A DNA stretch of 64,000 nucleotides from Sphagnum compactum (lineage: Eukaryota), in assembly GCA_965153455.1 (NCBI GenBank), contig OZ234493.1:27270213-27334212 (forward strand). The letters are read 5' to 3'. Below, piece after piece: positions 38,872 through 54,170 of this stretch. Under the pieces are notes generated by a model. It was not told the DNA's origin. It searched no databases and saw only the letters and a list, made by a program, of their open reading frames with translations. How positions within the stretch are numbered: the stretch's first letter is position 1; each line of letters begins with the position of its first letter. The translations under genes and the position numbers were made by a program.

Positions 38872-39998
38872 TGTTGCAAATTTTCTGTTCTTTTTTTTAA
38901 ATGGCCAAATAATTGAGGGGGAAAAAAACATTGTTTGGGATGCTTGCTCATGAGGCTACAAATGAAATTGGAAAAAAAAAAGAAAAAAAAAGAAGAAGAG
39001 ATGAGGGAGGGGGGTGGGGTGGGGGAGTGAGAAGAAGAAAACACTGACCATGTTACAAACACAATTCTATCCTGTGATTTTTTGGGACAAAATTTGACCC
39101 CTTTTTTTAAAAACAAAATAATCGGCAAAATTTTGGATGATATGTTTTCTCCTTCTGTGTAAATTTGGCAAAGATTTGGAAAATCTTGTAAAATTTTCGA
39201 TTTCACAGAATTGAAAAAAGAAAATAACAAAAACCATAATTTCCATAATCTCACATAATTTTGTTTGAATTTGAATTTGGCATTTTTTTTTTAAAAAAAA
39301 AGGAAGCCAGAGAGCCAATTACGCAACCAGCTAGGTACACTTGTTTCTTAGAATCGTTATCCACTCCTCACATCCTGTGGCCTAAATTGACCTAACCCGA
39401 AGGGCTTACCCATCTCCCACACAAAAAAAAAAAACTCCGATTACTAGGAGCCAATGAAGTACTATCCTCTAGACCCAACTCCCTTACCCCCTCTCTCTCT
39501 TCCCCCCCCCCCCCCCCCTTCTATTATTTTTCTGTGGTTCCAAAGAATGGGTGGCACAGATTCGCCAAAACCCATTAATCCAATGGTCACTATGGTTTCA
39601 GAGAAAAAAGCAGCCAATAGAAAAGTTTTCCCAAAACAAAAAAAAAAAAAAGGCGAGTTCGATGGGGTCTAGGGTTCTTCGCAAACGACACACGCCCGCC
39701 ACAGTAGGTCGATCCCTTCCTACCTACCTCGAAACTCTTCTTAACTCCGCCTTCGAAGCGCTTCACTCTCTTACTACTCTCGCTCGCTCGTCGCTCGCGC
39801 TCCTCGCGCTCGTTTCGTTTTTCGTCAGATTGTCGCACTTTTTTTTTTCTTCTGATTTTCTTCTTTCATCTTCGACTTACGTAACTGCGCATCGTTTTTG
39901 AATTTTATTTTTATTTTTCTCCCTTTATTTTGTTTTTTGGTTGATTGTTTTTGGCCAAGTTCCTTTGAAGACGAGGTGCTCCATTCGTTGCAGCGGTA

Positions 39999-42791
39999 AT
40001 GACGATGCGTGTTGCAACCATGCAGAGTACCGTCTCTGCAACATCTCAGGTACTATGCGGAAAATATATCCGTCTATCTATCTCCCTCCAGTAACTGAAT
40101 TATTGTAGGACTGGTTTGATTTTTTCTGTGTGTGTTTTGGTATCGTTTTGGTTTCTTCTTGGTTTTTTGTTTTGTTTGTCAGGAGCCCGACTCGCCTTTC
40201 TTTCTTTTTTTTCATCTTGAATGATGGATGCAGTGGAGGAAAAAGAGAGACGGAGAGAGAGAGATAGAATCCAGAATTCGTATTTGGAAGTTCTGCGTGT
40301 TCCTGTGAGTGAATTTTTTTGGGGAATCGTGTAAGTACGTGAGAAAGGGGAGAGTTGATAGAGTGGAGATTGTCGCTGAATTGGAGCAGATTAGCAACAG
40401 CTTAAATGGATGTCAAGGAGTCGTCAGTAGGAGCTCTGTAGCAAGCTCCTCAGCATTCCTTGGTTGCAAACAAAAGGCGTCGTCGTCGTCGTCCGGTAGT
40501 TTGCTGGGGACTACGGTTGCAGCACATGGAAACAATAAGAGTCGTGTCGTCTGCGAAGCTGCCAAATCTGGCGGTGAGGACAGATGGAAAGGATTGGGTT
40601 ACGATATCTCTGATGACCAGCAAGATATCCAGCGTGGTAAGGGCATGGTGGATTCCTTGTTTCAAGGGGCAACCGGGGTGGGTACCCAGACTGCTATCAT
40701 GAGTAGCTATGACTACATCAGCACTGCTCAACGCACGTGAGATCTCTTCCTATAATTCTTTGGGTGTTCGTGATCATAGTTTTAGGTTGTTGATGATGTG
40801 CAGGCATGTAGGTAGCAACAGTTTTTACAGTGTTGTTCTTCCACCACCCCCAAGTAAAACCACAACTACAAGAAAAACGGCAAAAGGAAGAATCTATCTC
40901 TTTTCCTTCCTCACTTCTTTCCAAATGGTGGGAGAGAGTCTCCATTTCTCAACATTCTTGCGTTCTTCAAGTGCCACCATTTTGCAGGTTGCTATTGAAG
41001 CTCTCTGAACATGCTTCCTTTGAACATGCTTTTGAGTGTCACTCTTGTTCAAACCACAACACCCCCAGTTCTGATGTTCTTGCTTTGTTTTGTTTTCTTC
41101 ATTTCTTCTAGGTTTTGGCTAAGTTCCTCTTTTCCCTGTTTGCTAGTATGTTGTCAGATCTGAAATCTGTATAATATCATTGTTGGGTCATCTCTGTGCA
41201 ATAGAATCCTAAGTGTGGAGAAGTTCTCCTACTTCTGAAGATATCGTCATACGTATTTCAGTTGCCATCTTGTTGATTTTATTTGAATTTGGCACAGGTA
41301 TAACTTCGACAACATGCAGGATGGGCTCTACATTGCCCCTGCCTTCATGGACAAGCTTGTGGTTCACATTGCTAAGAATTTCATGAGCCTGCCCAATATC
41401 AAGGTATTGGATGATCACCATTTGCTTTATTCAAACTGAGATTTTGTGCATTGTTTGCTTAAATATTCTGCCTCGCGTTGGTTTGATTGCGTATTGTCAA
41501 AAAAAATTCTCTCTGGATGGATCTGAAAGAAAAGCAGCAGAAGATTTTCATTCAGCTTATAACTGAGCTTGTTTTGCAGGTTCCCCTTATCTTGGGTATA
41601 TGGGGAGGCAAGGGACAAGGAAAGTCTTTCCAATGTGAGCTTGTAATGTCCAAGCTTGGAATCAAGTAAGTTGGGTTGCTTTGATGTCATCTGATTTCCC
41701 AATAAAAGGTGCTTTGCAATCTGTAATTTAAAAGAATTTGTGGCTTTTGCCTACCTTGTGCATTTGTGAGTGTGGATGTTATGGCGAGAGTGACTGGTCT
41801 GTACCTGAAATTCTGAATAAGTGCTTCAGGCCTTGAGTACCATACTTGCAGTCTAAAAATTGAGGAAGATGTACAAGTATGCTCTTTCACTGGTTGTCAT
41901 GAAGATGTCCCTCGGACTGTACATGTGCAGCCCCATTATGATGAGCGCAGGAGAGTTGGAGAGTGGAAATGCAGGAGAGCCAGCCAAGCTCATCAGGCAA
42001 AGGTACCGGGAGGCAGCTGATGTTATCAAGAAGGGGAAAATGTGTGCACTCTTCATCAATGATCTGGATGCAGGTGCTGGGCGCATGGGTGGCACAACAC
42101 AATACACAGTGAACAACCAGATGGTGAATGCCACTCTCATGAACATTGCAGATAATCCTACAAATGTGCAACTTCCAGGCATTTACAACAAGGATGAGAT
42201 TCCTCGTGTGCCTATCATTGTTACCGGAAATGATTTTTCCACCCTCTATGCACCTCTCATCCGTGATGGACGCATGGAGAAGTTCTACTGGGCTCCTACT
42301 CGTGAAGACCGAATTGGTGTGTGCAAGGGTATTTTCCGGGCTGATAATGTAGCCGATGTGGATGTTGCCAAATTAGTCGACCAATTCCCTGGTCAATCTA
42401 TTGGTGAGTGTGGATTTTTTAACTGATGGTGTGAAGCAAGTTTTCTGGGATTTTTTGAGCATCTAGCTAATGCAGCACATGACCATGTGAGATGTGGGAG
42501 ATTTTTGCAGATTTCTTTGGAGCATTGAGGGCCCGAGTGTATGATGATGAGGTGAGGAAATGGGTAGGTTCCACTGGTGTGGAGAACTTGGGCAAGAGGT
42601 TAGTGAACTCCAAGGAAGGCCCTGTAACGTTTGAGAAACCCAAAATGACACTTGACACACTGATGGGGTATGGCTTCATGTTGGTCAAGGAGCAAGAGAA
42701 TGTCAAGCGTGTGCAACTTGCTGAGACATATTTGAATTCTGCAGCTTTGGGTGATGCCAATGAGGATGCTATCAAGGAAGGCACCTTCTAG
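39999..42791 (+). CDS. RCA: Rubisco activase, chloroplastic (short beta-type), 447 aa
   Basis: Exons 39999-40049, 40390-40736, 41298-41403, 41580-41665, 41931-42403 and 42511-42791 total 1344 nt in frame. Ser-rich transit peptide; [35 protein letters not shown]; Walker [77 protein letters not shown]. Confidence 0.97.
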
Positions 42792-42965
42792 GTAAGTTGA
42801 GAGTTATTCTGACATGATGCTTCTCCATCTGTTTGCATTCTTCATTTGATTGATCAAGTCAATGTTGGATTTGCCAATGTTGCTTTAATCTTGGGTATTT
42901 GAGCAGAAGCAGAAAGGATTGAGTTTGCAGAAACAGAATTTTGACAAGACGAATACATGTGACAG

Positions 42966-43076
42966 GTACTGGTAATGCTGTTTAAATCACCAAGATTACT
43001 GTGCCCAAATGTTGCACAGATAAGAGTTGCCAAAACTACAACCCAACTGCTTACAGGTGATGATGGCACTAGTGTA
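42966..43076 (+). pseudogene. Vestigial exon for the Rubisco activase alpha-isoform C-terminal extension
   Basis: After acceptor GACAG| it reads (G)TGNAV*ITKITVPKCCTDKSCQNYNPTAY, then with a +1 shift DDGTSV, versus the alpha extension VPEGCTDPxAxNFDPTARSDDGTCxY. Confidence 0.8.
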
Positions 43077-46000
43077 CTGGAAACAGCCATGTTCAATGAT
43101 CAGTACAGAAAGGATGTAGACATTGCCAGATGTTTCTCATGGTTTCTCCAGGACCTAGTACATTATAGAATACTCTCATGTCTTGTCTCTGGCATTGGTT
43201 ACTGGAGACTTGAGAGTGTCACAAAATGTATTTCTATTCTATATCTGGTTCTGAGTTGAGAGTTTCACATTGTTGGGGTTGAGAGATTTGCTCACGAAAA
43301 AATGTTGACTGCAGTGCCAACATTCATAATTCGTGAATTTGTTTGGTTGATTGATGTTAGAGGTGCATGATTTTTTTGTGTACAGGCATGAAAGTTGGAG
43401 ATAATGTAAAACATATTGTTGAAACTGATCTTGAAACAGCACACTAAAGGTAGTTCATGACAAGCTAACAGAAAACAGTTAACAGTGCCCTCCACCCAAC
43501 TTTGTAGCTCACAAGCAGGTTGGCTATGAAAAGCAGAACCACCAAACTGTATATCCACAAAGCGGTCTACAACCTCTGAAGGTGTCATGTGTCAAATGGT
43601 GGTTATAGAAATTATGCAACTGCTAACAAAGAGGAATACAAGTGATTAAAATTTGCCACGAAGACTTCGAAAAATAAGTACTTTCTTGTCATTCGAAGCA
43701 GGCCATAAAAAATTTAGAGTTTGAATCAACCGTTGAAATTTGCTGAATATAAGTTTGAATCTACCACAAAAATTATTTGCAAATCATCTTTTAGAAATGT
43801 GGTTAAATACAATGGTGAACATTTAGAACGGATTGAACAAAGTGTAGAGTTGGTTACAGGGAAAGGCAATGGTGATACACTTTTTCAAAGATGATAAAGG
43901 CCACATATCTGATTGGCATATGCCTTCAAATAAGATGATCTTTCTAAGCATTAAAATTCATGAAAGATTTAACACTCTTTCTAAGCACCAAAGTCTTGAA
44001 CAGTTGGATGGTTGGTGTGAAAAATCAACTTCTGGGTGCAATTTTCTCTTGCATTCCTGTATGTTGAACATCCTTGACATATGGAGAGGTCAAGTGGTGT
44101 CATATACTTTAAACTGTGCGTAGTTTAGTGCAGCATCTTGCAGGGAGGATTGCTCGTTACATGTTCTGGGTAGCCTCTGGGTTAGGCTCGACATAGTTTT
44201 GCTACCTAATTATAACTGGGATCATCATTTATATATACCCTTGTTTATTTGTACATATGGTTTTGGAAATTGATAGATTTTTAAACTTATATGAATGAAG
44301 TGAACATACCAAGAACTATATTTTCAAATGACTTGTATATTTTACGAATATTTTCAAGTTATTTTGGGAGGCTAATATATGAAGAGTCCAGTACACTCTA
44401 ATTCATGTAACCTATTTCATCTTTCAGCTGAACTAATTTCATGGCACACTCAGTAATTACTAAATTTCATCTTTGACATATTAAAAATGGGAACTATGGC
44501 TCACATCCTTCATCATTTCCAGCAGCTAATCGCGGTCTCAGATCTCAAGAGCTCAAGCTGGATGGAACCATCACTAGTAGTTGAGTTAGTGAACTACACT
44601 CACATTTCTTCCTAATGCATGCTCTCAATCTAGTCACTTGAAAGTGCAGAAGTGGATTCTCTGATTTTTTCCAAATAACTTGGGTTCTATGAAAGACCTC
44701 TCTACAAACTCAAAACCGAATGAAGGATTAAATTTAGTTTTTGGGTGAGAGACAGCAGCAGAACACAAGGTTGGTTGTGTGAATGATATAACATGAAAGT
44801 GGACTTAAGATCAAGGGCAGTTTCCAACATAACTATAATTCCATCTCAATTGCATCATATTGTCTGCATGGTATTGACTTGAGCATACGAGTAGTTGCAC
44901 ATGGTACCAATTCTTTTATAAAACTTGCATATTATTGGGGTATTGGTATTATATATTTCATGAAGTCTGATACTAGTCTTGTATGCATATGAATCAACAA
45001 ACATTTTTCTTCTTCAAAGTGGGCATTGATTTGAGTATTTTGATGAACAAGATCAGGAGGTATCAACTATTGAGTATCAATTCATAAATAGTGTCATTTT
45101 GCACCTGCTTGACACCAATGTTTTTTGGTGGCTAATTTTTGGACCACAGGAACCAAAGGAAAATCAAAAAGAAAAAAAAGGGGGCGGGGGATAAGGGGAG
45201 GGGGGAATCCAATCCGAACCTCCCTTTTTTTCCTTTTTTTTTGTAATTTCCCAAAACTAATGCTCTGGAGTATCTGCTTTTTTGGACCAATCCAAACTTG
45301 ACATGTGTTGAGCTTTTTATTTTTATTTTTATTTTGGATGTTTCCGGATTTTCTTTTTTATTTCTCAAATTTCCAATCTTTTCATTCAAGTGGGCCACTT
45401 TTTATCCATATTTTGGATGTAGGTTTTTCATCCATCTAATTTTCACCCAAACTGGTTGGCAAACAGGGCTAGTGATCAAACATGGAATTTTTTTAAACCA
45501 TAATTTAAAAATCAGATATTTTCAACCTTGTGACTGGACAGTGAAATAATTAATTAATTAATTTCATTTTTCATTTTGAAATTCATTGGGAATTTCTTCA
45601 AAAATTCATATCTTTTACATGTTTTATTGGATTGGGGTGTTGTCTTCATTGTTGAGTTCCTAGAGAGAAGGCCTAGCATGTGCAAATTTCCACCCCATTT
45701 GGATAGAAGACATTTTGGACCATTTCTATGGGACATGGAATGTCGTGTGCATGGGATCAATTTTCATTGGATTTTTGAAAATTCATCACTTGTGCTAGTA
45801 AACATCAAGATTCATAACCCATAGGTGGTGGAATGTTGTGCCATCAACATTGTGGAATGCTACATCATTCACTTTTGATTTTTTGCATGTGTGTCTGTAA
45901 TGGTTTCCAAACGGAACTTAGAAGAGTGGAAATTCATGTTGTATAAAAAATTCATTCTCACTTTGTGTTGCATTAGGGGATGTTTGTTTCTCACCTTGTT

Positions 46001-47129
46001 TGTTGGCATGTTTGTGAGGGTATAGGTGTGGGATATGGAAGGCTTGGTTGGACTTGTCACACTAGAATGGTCTTATGAGACATAGGTTTTAAATACCACA
46101 TTTGTATATTGATGGATCTTGTACAAATTTACGAGACACAAGTGATGAGTCCAGGCCGTGGTGAGTCTTGCCAGTCCAAGTTGTCCTAGCACCAAAAGTG
46201 TTCTCACTATGCACTAACCAACTTGTTGTTTGGTTTTGTGTAGATCTATGTGACTGATTGATTGCTTGTCATTTTTGAATGGGGTGCTTATAGGTTTGGT
46301 GTTCCAATTGAATTATTCATCAACTAAAGAATGAAATTCTATGGGGAAATCGAAAATAACTATGTGAAAAAACATTATAGTGTTCACAAGGATTGGGATT
46401 AGGCCCACCTTAATTGTCGTCCAACAACAATTAAAGTCCAATTACCCAAAAAAAAAGGTTTTGTGATTGAAATTAAATTTTTCAAATGGATTAAGGTGGA
46501 TTTGGATTGCAACTAAAGTGGACTTAATCAACATGGTCCCAATCCCTATGCACACCATGGTCCCACCCAAATTCATGTTGGTCCATGTGAATAACCAAAA
46601 TGTAATCAATTGGTTTTTTTAATATTAACAAAAATGAAATTTTAACCATCAAAATGATGACCAAAATTTAGTGTCATCACATCTAGATGATCAAGGTTAT
46701 TATTATTATTATTATTTTATTAGTTAATTTTTGACATTGGATTCTAATCACCACTAAATTATGACCAAGGTGGCCTTGGTCCTTATGGACACCCTAATTT
46801 GTATGAATGACCAACTTTTAAGCACACACATTTTTTAATAATTTTTTTAAAAATGAAATACTAAAGTTCTATTCAAATGTTGATCAAAATCAATCATCCC
46901 ATCTTGATCATTTGGATTTGTTTTTCTTTTGCAACTGGATTTCAATCATCATAAGGATTGGGACTAAAGTCTAATTAATAATCCTTATCACACAAAATTA
47001 TGTGTGACTAAATTCAATGACCATTGAAAATCTAAAAATTGGCTTTATAAAAAAATTATTGTTTTGACTTACATTGACCCTAAACTAACATGATGTTGGA
47101 TTACATCGGTGTCAAATTTGATGCAATTA

Positions 47130-48430
47130 ACACAATGTCAACATTAATAACCATTCATGGATTTGAAAAACATCATGACTTGGTTTATAAGCATGGACAC
47201 AACTTTCATTCCTTCTAACCATAAAATTTTCAATTTGTCAAATCATCACCATCCACACCAAATAGTTTGAAACATAATTTGAAAATGGATTTCCACTAGT
47301 AAGGCCTATCTTTAAATGTGAAGGTTATTCCCTAAATGCAATCCATTTATCCTTTACGTGGCAAATAACTTATGAATCAATTGGGTTTGATTCAATTCCA
47401 CTATTTGATTCTTTTGGTGCCAAACCATCAAGACTGCAATACTCTTATTCTTGAAAAGTATTGTGATCTTGGGTGTTATTAACATTTAATTTTTTAAAAA
47501 TTGAAACAATGAAAGAAATATTGATTAAATAGTCATTGTCATTATACAAATTTAAGGTTTCCAAAAGTGAAGCTGTTGACTAATAAGACATTCTCGTATT
47601 GCTTCATAATCATTGTGAAAAATTACATAATCATTTTTGAATGCATAGATCATCTTTGTTTCCAATTTGACCTCTACAAGCGCCTTATTGGCCTCTTGGT
47701 GAAAACTTGGTAATGTGTTTGGTGTGGGGAGTAACTTCTCCTTCATAAGTCTACATACAAGAAAAAGTTCCCCACAATCAAAATAAGTTACATATTGAAA
47801 ATCAAGAGTGATATTTCATCAAAGGGCAATGCAATCATATTTAAGGTAAGAGAGTTACATAAATGAGAATAAATAGATTTGTAAGTTTGGTAATATTCAT
47901 GCAATAATGCAATGAAGTTTGTGTCATTCCATTCATAGATTGTTTGCACATTAGCAATAGAAGCATTGTAGATAATTGGCAATTGTCATTCATTTCGAAT
48001 AGTTGTGTTTTTTGCAAACTCCTAATTGGATCATCTTCATGATCAATGTCATTGCTTATTGGAGAGCCAACACAATATCTATATAATTGTGACAAGTTTT
48101 CTTGTGCCAAGAGATCCTCTTCAATGCTATCATTGACAACATGTTCCACCTCTATGGCAATGTCATCATAAGTATTTGATGGGTTGTTCCAAGCCAATGT
48201 AGAGCTTGAATGTGCAATAGTACCTCCTTGCAAAGCTATCTCAAAAACCTATTAACAAAACAAAAACACAAATTCAACCACAATTTTTGTCATAATATTA
48301 ATTACATTACACATGTTTCACGTACAACAATTGAAGTAATTTTAATTATTTCAAATAAACATGTGCTTACTTGTTTTCTTAAACAATTTCAGTCATTAGT
48401 CCATGGACTACCATATGGTGTTCAATGATA
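47130..48430 (-). mobile_element. Decayed CACTA/En-Spm (Tnp2-like) transposase fragment
   Basis: EKLLPTPNTLPSFHQEANKALVEVKLETKMIYAFKNDYVIFHNDY resembles the Tnp2 LLPxxNxLPxSxYEAKKxL...IHACxNDCxLF motif. Upstream acidic segment; heavily disrupted. Confidence 0.6.
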
Positions 48431-51400
48431 TTTGAATTTCTCCTTAATGTAAGCCCTTGCAAATCATGCAGTGACAAAGCTTTCATTTCTAATTTTTTCA
48501 CAATATGCTACACATGTTTAGGAAGGGTCCTATGATGGTTAATTTTAAATTAAATTCCTAATAACACATAGATAGGTTACTCAAACTAAAGTCCCACACA
48601 CAACACATGCACCATTTTAGGTTGGCAACATCCTTTTTTGAGGATGTTTTGAATAGGGTGTCCATGGTAATTTTTAGGTTTGTCATATTTTTCAAAGATT
48701 TGGAGACATCATATCCAAACTCAAAGGACCAATGAGGACAAATTTGGGGACCAATGGGGATGATGGGAAAATGATAAGGGTTGACAAGATTTTTTCAAGA
48801 AATTTGTACAACACATCAAAGAACATTAAGGGGATCGAGACTACAACAAGGTGTCCATGTATGCCAAGTGATTTTATTAAATTTTGAGTGAATTCACTGG
48901 TCTTAATAAATGGGGACTAGTTAGAAAGTAGTGAATTCACCAGTCTAGTGAATGGGGACTAGTGAACTACACCCACATTTATAGTAATGAAGATGCTAAG
49001 TATTTTTCAAAATGTTGAAGGACATTGATATAATTTTATTTTATTTTATTTTTTTAAGCAACATGTGAACTCTAAGAAGATGCCAAAAGACAATAAGGAA
49101 TGCTGAGAAAAAAAATTCAAGTGATGAGGGGATGTTGGAAAGAGCCAAAGGATGATGGGGATGTTGTGGACAACATTAGGTAATGTTGAAAAGATAAAGG
49201 GGGATGATGGTAAATGTTAGGAAATACCAAAAGACATTGAGATTTTTTGTTGGTCAAGTGACAAGGGACAACAAAAAGATGTAGAAGGACAACGAGGATG
49301 GTGTCAACGTCAAAAAAATGTTGGGGGGAGATTGGGTAGCACTGAGGATACATTGGGGACCAATGGGGACATTAGGGAAATGTCAAGCAACACCAATGAA
49401 ACATTGATAGACATTTAACAATGTTGAAAAAAAATTAAGGGATGTTTGCTAATATAAAAAAACACTCTAAAGAGTGTTGAATTAAGGGGTGATGAAGGAT
49501 GTTGGGAGGCAATGAGGGCTCCAAAAAACATTTTTTAAATGTTAAGGGTGTCGAGGTGATATCAAGAAGACATCAAATAGTGTCAAAAAAATGCCAAGGG
49601 ACAACATGAAAAAGTAAGTCCAAACCAAATAAAATAAGATGTTAAAAATGTTTTAAATAATTATTGTTTGTAGGGATGCCAAAAGGGATGTTAAGGACAT
49701 ACCTTTTGACAACCATGCATCATTCACACAACACACATACCACAAGTATAACAACTTACATATTTTTGAGTGAGGATCACCTGTGTGCCTAAAACTTGGT
49801 CTTTATGTGGAAAACATTATGAAGGGAGCTCATCACAAGCACCTAAAGACCTCACCTTGGGTGCATTCATGCTAAAAGGAGCCACACGCACCCACTTGAC
49901 TGAATCTTTATAAGGAGCGGGTAATCTAATAAAAATGACATGGTCAAATATGATTGGTCATTCAAAAACATTATTTTTATAATCAAAATTTACAAGTAAA
50001 CATAATTTATTTAAAATTATGTCTCAAAAAGATGTTGCATTACTATTATGTAAAGGTGTATATAAAAAAAAATTCACAAATATGTTATTGAATTGTTTTA
50101 AAAGGTTCATTAAGGTATCAAAAACACATGTTACATTAAGCATGTTTTTGGAAACTCAATACTCATTAAATTCATTTCAAAATTTTATAAATGTTGTTAT
50201 AATACATTAAGAAGATCATTCATGTGAAAGTTGATCCAAAATTTTCAACATCAATTTAATTTATGATTTGGACCCCATTTTGTTATGATGGGGTGGTTTC
50301 TAATGGAGAGAATGTACCCTTTTACTTGGAGACCACACACCATACTCATATAATTTTCCTTTTGTGCATGTTTTCACAATCATAATAAAACATGTTTATT
50401 TATTACATCTTAGGTTCATTACACAAAAAGTTCTATTCCAAGGTTTAATAACAAATTAGCAACATGGAATCATGAAAAGGTATAATGGACCTAAAGTTCC
50501 ACTAACAAAGCCTTCAGTATTTGAAGGGAGGATTCAATGGGTTGTCAAACCCATTCATTTACATCTATTAAACATGATCATTCTTCAACTCCAAGCCCAT
50601 GGTATTATGCCACATACCAACTTTCTAGAATTATCATTCTTTTATGGACAAGTTGTAAAATTATGTGGAATCTATTTTCCTAGGATCTAATCAAGTTCAC
50701 ATAATTGATTTGTCATTGTGGTCAATTGAAAATAAATAATTAAATGAATCATGAGTTCAAGCTTAAGTCCTTAATCAAAATATTCTTAAATGTAAGCTCA
50801 TAAGGCATATTATTTATCTCCCATTTTTACCCATTTTTCTACCCATAGGTTGTATTTACCCAAGTTCTATTCTTAATAATCCATCTTAATGTCACATACC
50901 AAGCTCTTTTTTTTCATTTTTTCTAAATAAGGTATACAACTACCTTGTGTTTTTGGTGTTATGCCAAGGTGGCATTTTTTTGGGCTGATGTTTTGAAGTG
51001 GCTATGCAAAAATTATTTAGCTTTAAAATTGGCTAGGTGAAGTGTTCATTGTACATAATTAAGTGGTGAGATTTTTTCTATGTTTAAATTCAAATGTTTA
51101 CATTTTTTTCCACCCTTTCTATACAAGGGGGTATTATATGCAAAGGTAAAGTGGGTGGTGACAAAACCTTAAACACAACAACTTATGTGGCAACAAAACC
51201 TTGAACATAGTTGCGTTTGTGACTATTGAATAATATGAAGAAAATGTAAAAATATGCCATGATGTCAAATCGGAAACATTAGGATAATTGCCATTTAATC
51301 TATGACAACCTAGAAACTCATGCAAACCATAATCCTCAAAATCTAATCCAATTATGTATAGGTGAAAATTTAAGGTTTTCCATATGAATGTATTTAATAA

Positions 51401-52089
51401 CTTTCTAATTTGACATAGTAGAAACAAACAACGTAAATACCTTAGAAAATAACTAATTTGAAACTTGAGCATTGGAGATTCTTCCACAATAGCATATAAA
51501 GTAGACCCTTTATTCATTGTCATGTTCCATAGGCTAACCACTATTGTGTTCTAACTACAAATTATCCCACATCTTCATGGACATCAATTTGAAAATAACA
51601 TTGTCCTAGAACCCATCAAAACCTAACCCAAGCTCAAAATAAAAACACTTGCCTCTAGAGTTTGAATCTATGTTTGTGGATGTATGCATGTTCATTTTTC
51701 CAAGAACAAATTGACATGCTTGCACACATCTACTTGAAGGGGAGTTAAACCTCAATCCCAAATTAAGGATATTACTCAATCACTACCTACACTCACACCC
51801 ACATTAGACAACATGTACAAGAAAATCATAAAATCAAATTTGCTTACCATGAATGAATATGGGATTATGGCACTTGACAATTGAAGGCCCAAAGGTGTTT
51901 TCCGAACAATCACAAAATAAATAAAACACACATGTGTCATCAAAACCATTTTTTGTTCATTGTGGGCTTATAACCACCATAATACACTTATGGTATGAAA
52001 CCAACAAGCTTAACCCCCATTAGTAACCCATCGTACATGCATCTAGCTAACAACCTTGGTAGAATTAGGTCACAAACCCACATTGTAAC

Positions 52090-54170
52090 TAAGAGTCCAC
52101 CCCATATTTTGTTTGATTGGCATTCCACACACATATGGCTATGTAGAAAGGAAAGGTCTCCAATGAGTAAAAGGTTTGCAAATGCATCCTTACAACAAGG
52201 TCTAGGTGAGTAATTAAGTGGTTCTTTTTTTTAATGAACAAATGATTAGAGAATGTCCATTCATCCTCCATAATGTTTAAAATCATAACCATATATAGAT
52301 TCCCCAATTTAAACCACTCAAAGATATGGTGGTCACAATGGCACTTGATTTGAACTTTTCCCACAAATTTGTGTTGGGTTATAATCAAATGGAGGTAGGA
52401 TGACAACCTAACATTGATTTTTTATTATCAATTTTCAAAAAGGATGACTATTGATCAAGAATAATAAGGTTTAGTTATAATGGCCCCACAAAAGCTCTAA
52501 AAGCACCCAAGGCCTTTTGGTGCCCAAAATGTGTTTGGATAATGGCTAGATGTCTTGGAAATGTAGTTTCAACCTCCTAAAAAAACCAATATTAAGGATA
52601 GATAATCTCAATTGTGCCAAGAAGCATCTAAAACAAATTCAACTAAATCAAACTTGTAATAGCTTAAGTATATTGTTTCTTAAGATAATCTACAACTACA
52701 ACCCAAGCCCCTTTGTTATTGGGCCCACGATCCCCATGGTGGGATTTGTTCAATGGAACATATAGAGCTGACCTCCCATAAAGGGCTACATATTCAATTT
52801 GGGAAACAAGTTTTTTCCACCAAATCAAACACAATGCATCATTGTAGTGGTCAACAAGTTCAAGGAACAAAGTAAATGATCTAGTCACGAATATATATAT
52901 TTTGTGTCATAACACATAGTAAATAATTCTACCTCACAAGCTTGATGGTAGAAACAAAATCACAAATGAATGTATCACACCTTTGTACAAAATTGAACAA
53001 CCTTTGCATTACTTCTAAAAGTGGTAGCACACAAGCCAAACCTAGTAGTGTTTTCACATCACATAAAAGCTCATAGTTTGTTTTTGTATTGTCAATGGTG
53101 GCACTTTTGGTAGCCATTTTAACAACCAAAATCTTATACTCAATCAAGACCTCTTTGCTAGTGATAATATCCAATGTGTTTTCATGTTATTCAAGATCAT
53201 ATTACCTTTGGTGTCTGGCAATTCAACTAATTTACATAACTCAATATATTGTTTAAGGCAAGCAAAATAATTGTACATACTGGCAAGGAAACTTTAAAAT
53301 CATTGATACCAACTTCAAAGAACTCAAGGCTTGAGTTCAACCAAGTTTATGTGGGGGCAAGTAATGCACACCTCTCAAAAATGAAGCATGTTTCTACATC
53401 AATTGTGTGGTGACCCTTGTTTTCACACCTTGAAAAATTACGACTTCGTCATCTTCGAAAAACACAAGCTTTTGGGCAAGCTCAATCTCATTTAAATCTC
53501 CAAATTTAACAAGGTTTTCCATAATTACGATTGTTAGCTTATCGTCTGTGTCTACCTCCACCTTTTATATGCTCAACAAGATTGGGACTTTCTTTTACCC
53601 ATTTACCACATAAACATAAACAATAATACCTCTAATTTTCAAGAGTGGTCACATCATCACAACTCACCAATATGAATTATGTTTAATGCACAACAGTTTT
53701 GATGGCCTTTAAAACAATGTTGAGCATGGCCTCGAACATGGACTAGTCTATCAAATTCAACTAGTGCTTTTGGGGGCAATTTTTAACTAAATGTGTTTTG
53801 AATGATTCAAAATTAGTCGTAGGGACCTAGTTTCAACAAATGCCAAAGTGAAAATATTTGCTTTTCTTCTAAGCCTTACTTCCATTTACAAGCATAATTG
53901 CAACACATTCATGCTATGTGGAATCATACACCCTTTCAGTTTTTACATGTGCATTAATAGGACTAACATAATATTCTTTGACAACAACTCCTAATCTAGT
54001 TATTACACATTTCTTAAGTCTTGAATGCTGGATTGAATTTAGTTTTGGCATCAATAATTTGTCCCTCCCCTCAATGTTAGTGCAAATCTTGCATCTCATC
54101 ATTTTCATCTTCCCATTAGTCCCACTTACTGGTTCAAACCAACTAAACCTAATGGCTTAGTGGTATTCTT
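52090..54170 (-). mobile_element. Decayed hAT-superfamily (ZNF862-like) transposase, copy 1
   Basis: MRCKICTNIEGRDKLL (zinc-finger-like), NYELLCDVKTLLGLACVLPLLE, TFICDFV, and C-terminal EWFKL...MEDEWTFSN..FIK..NHLITHLDLVVRM (hAT dimerisation-type). Confidence 0.7.
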
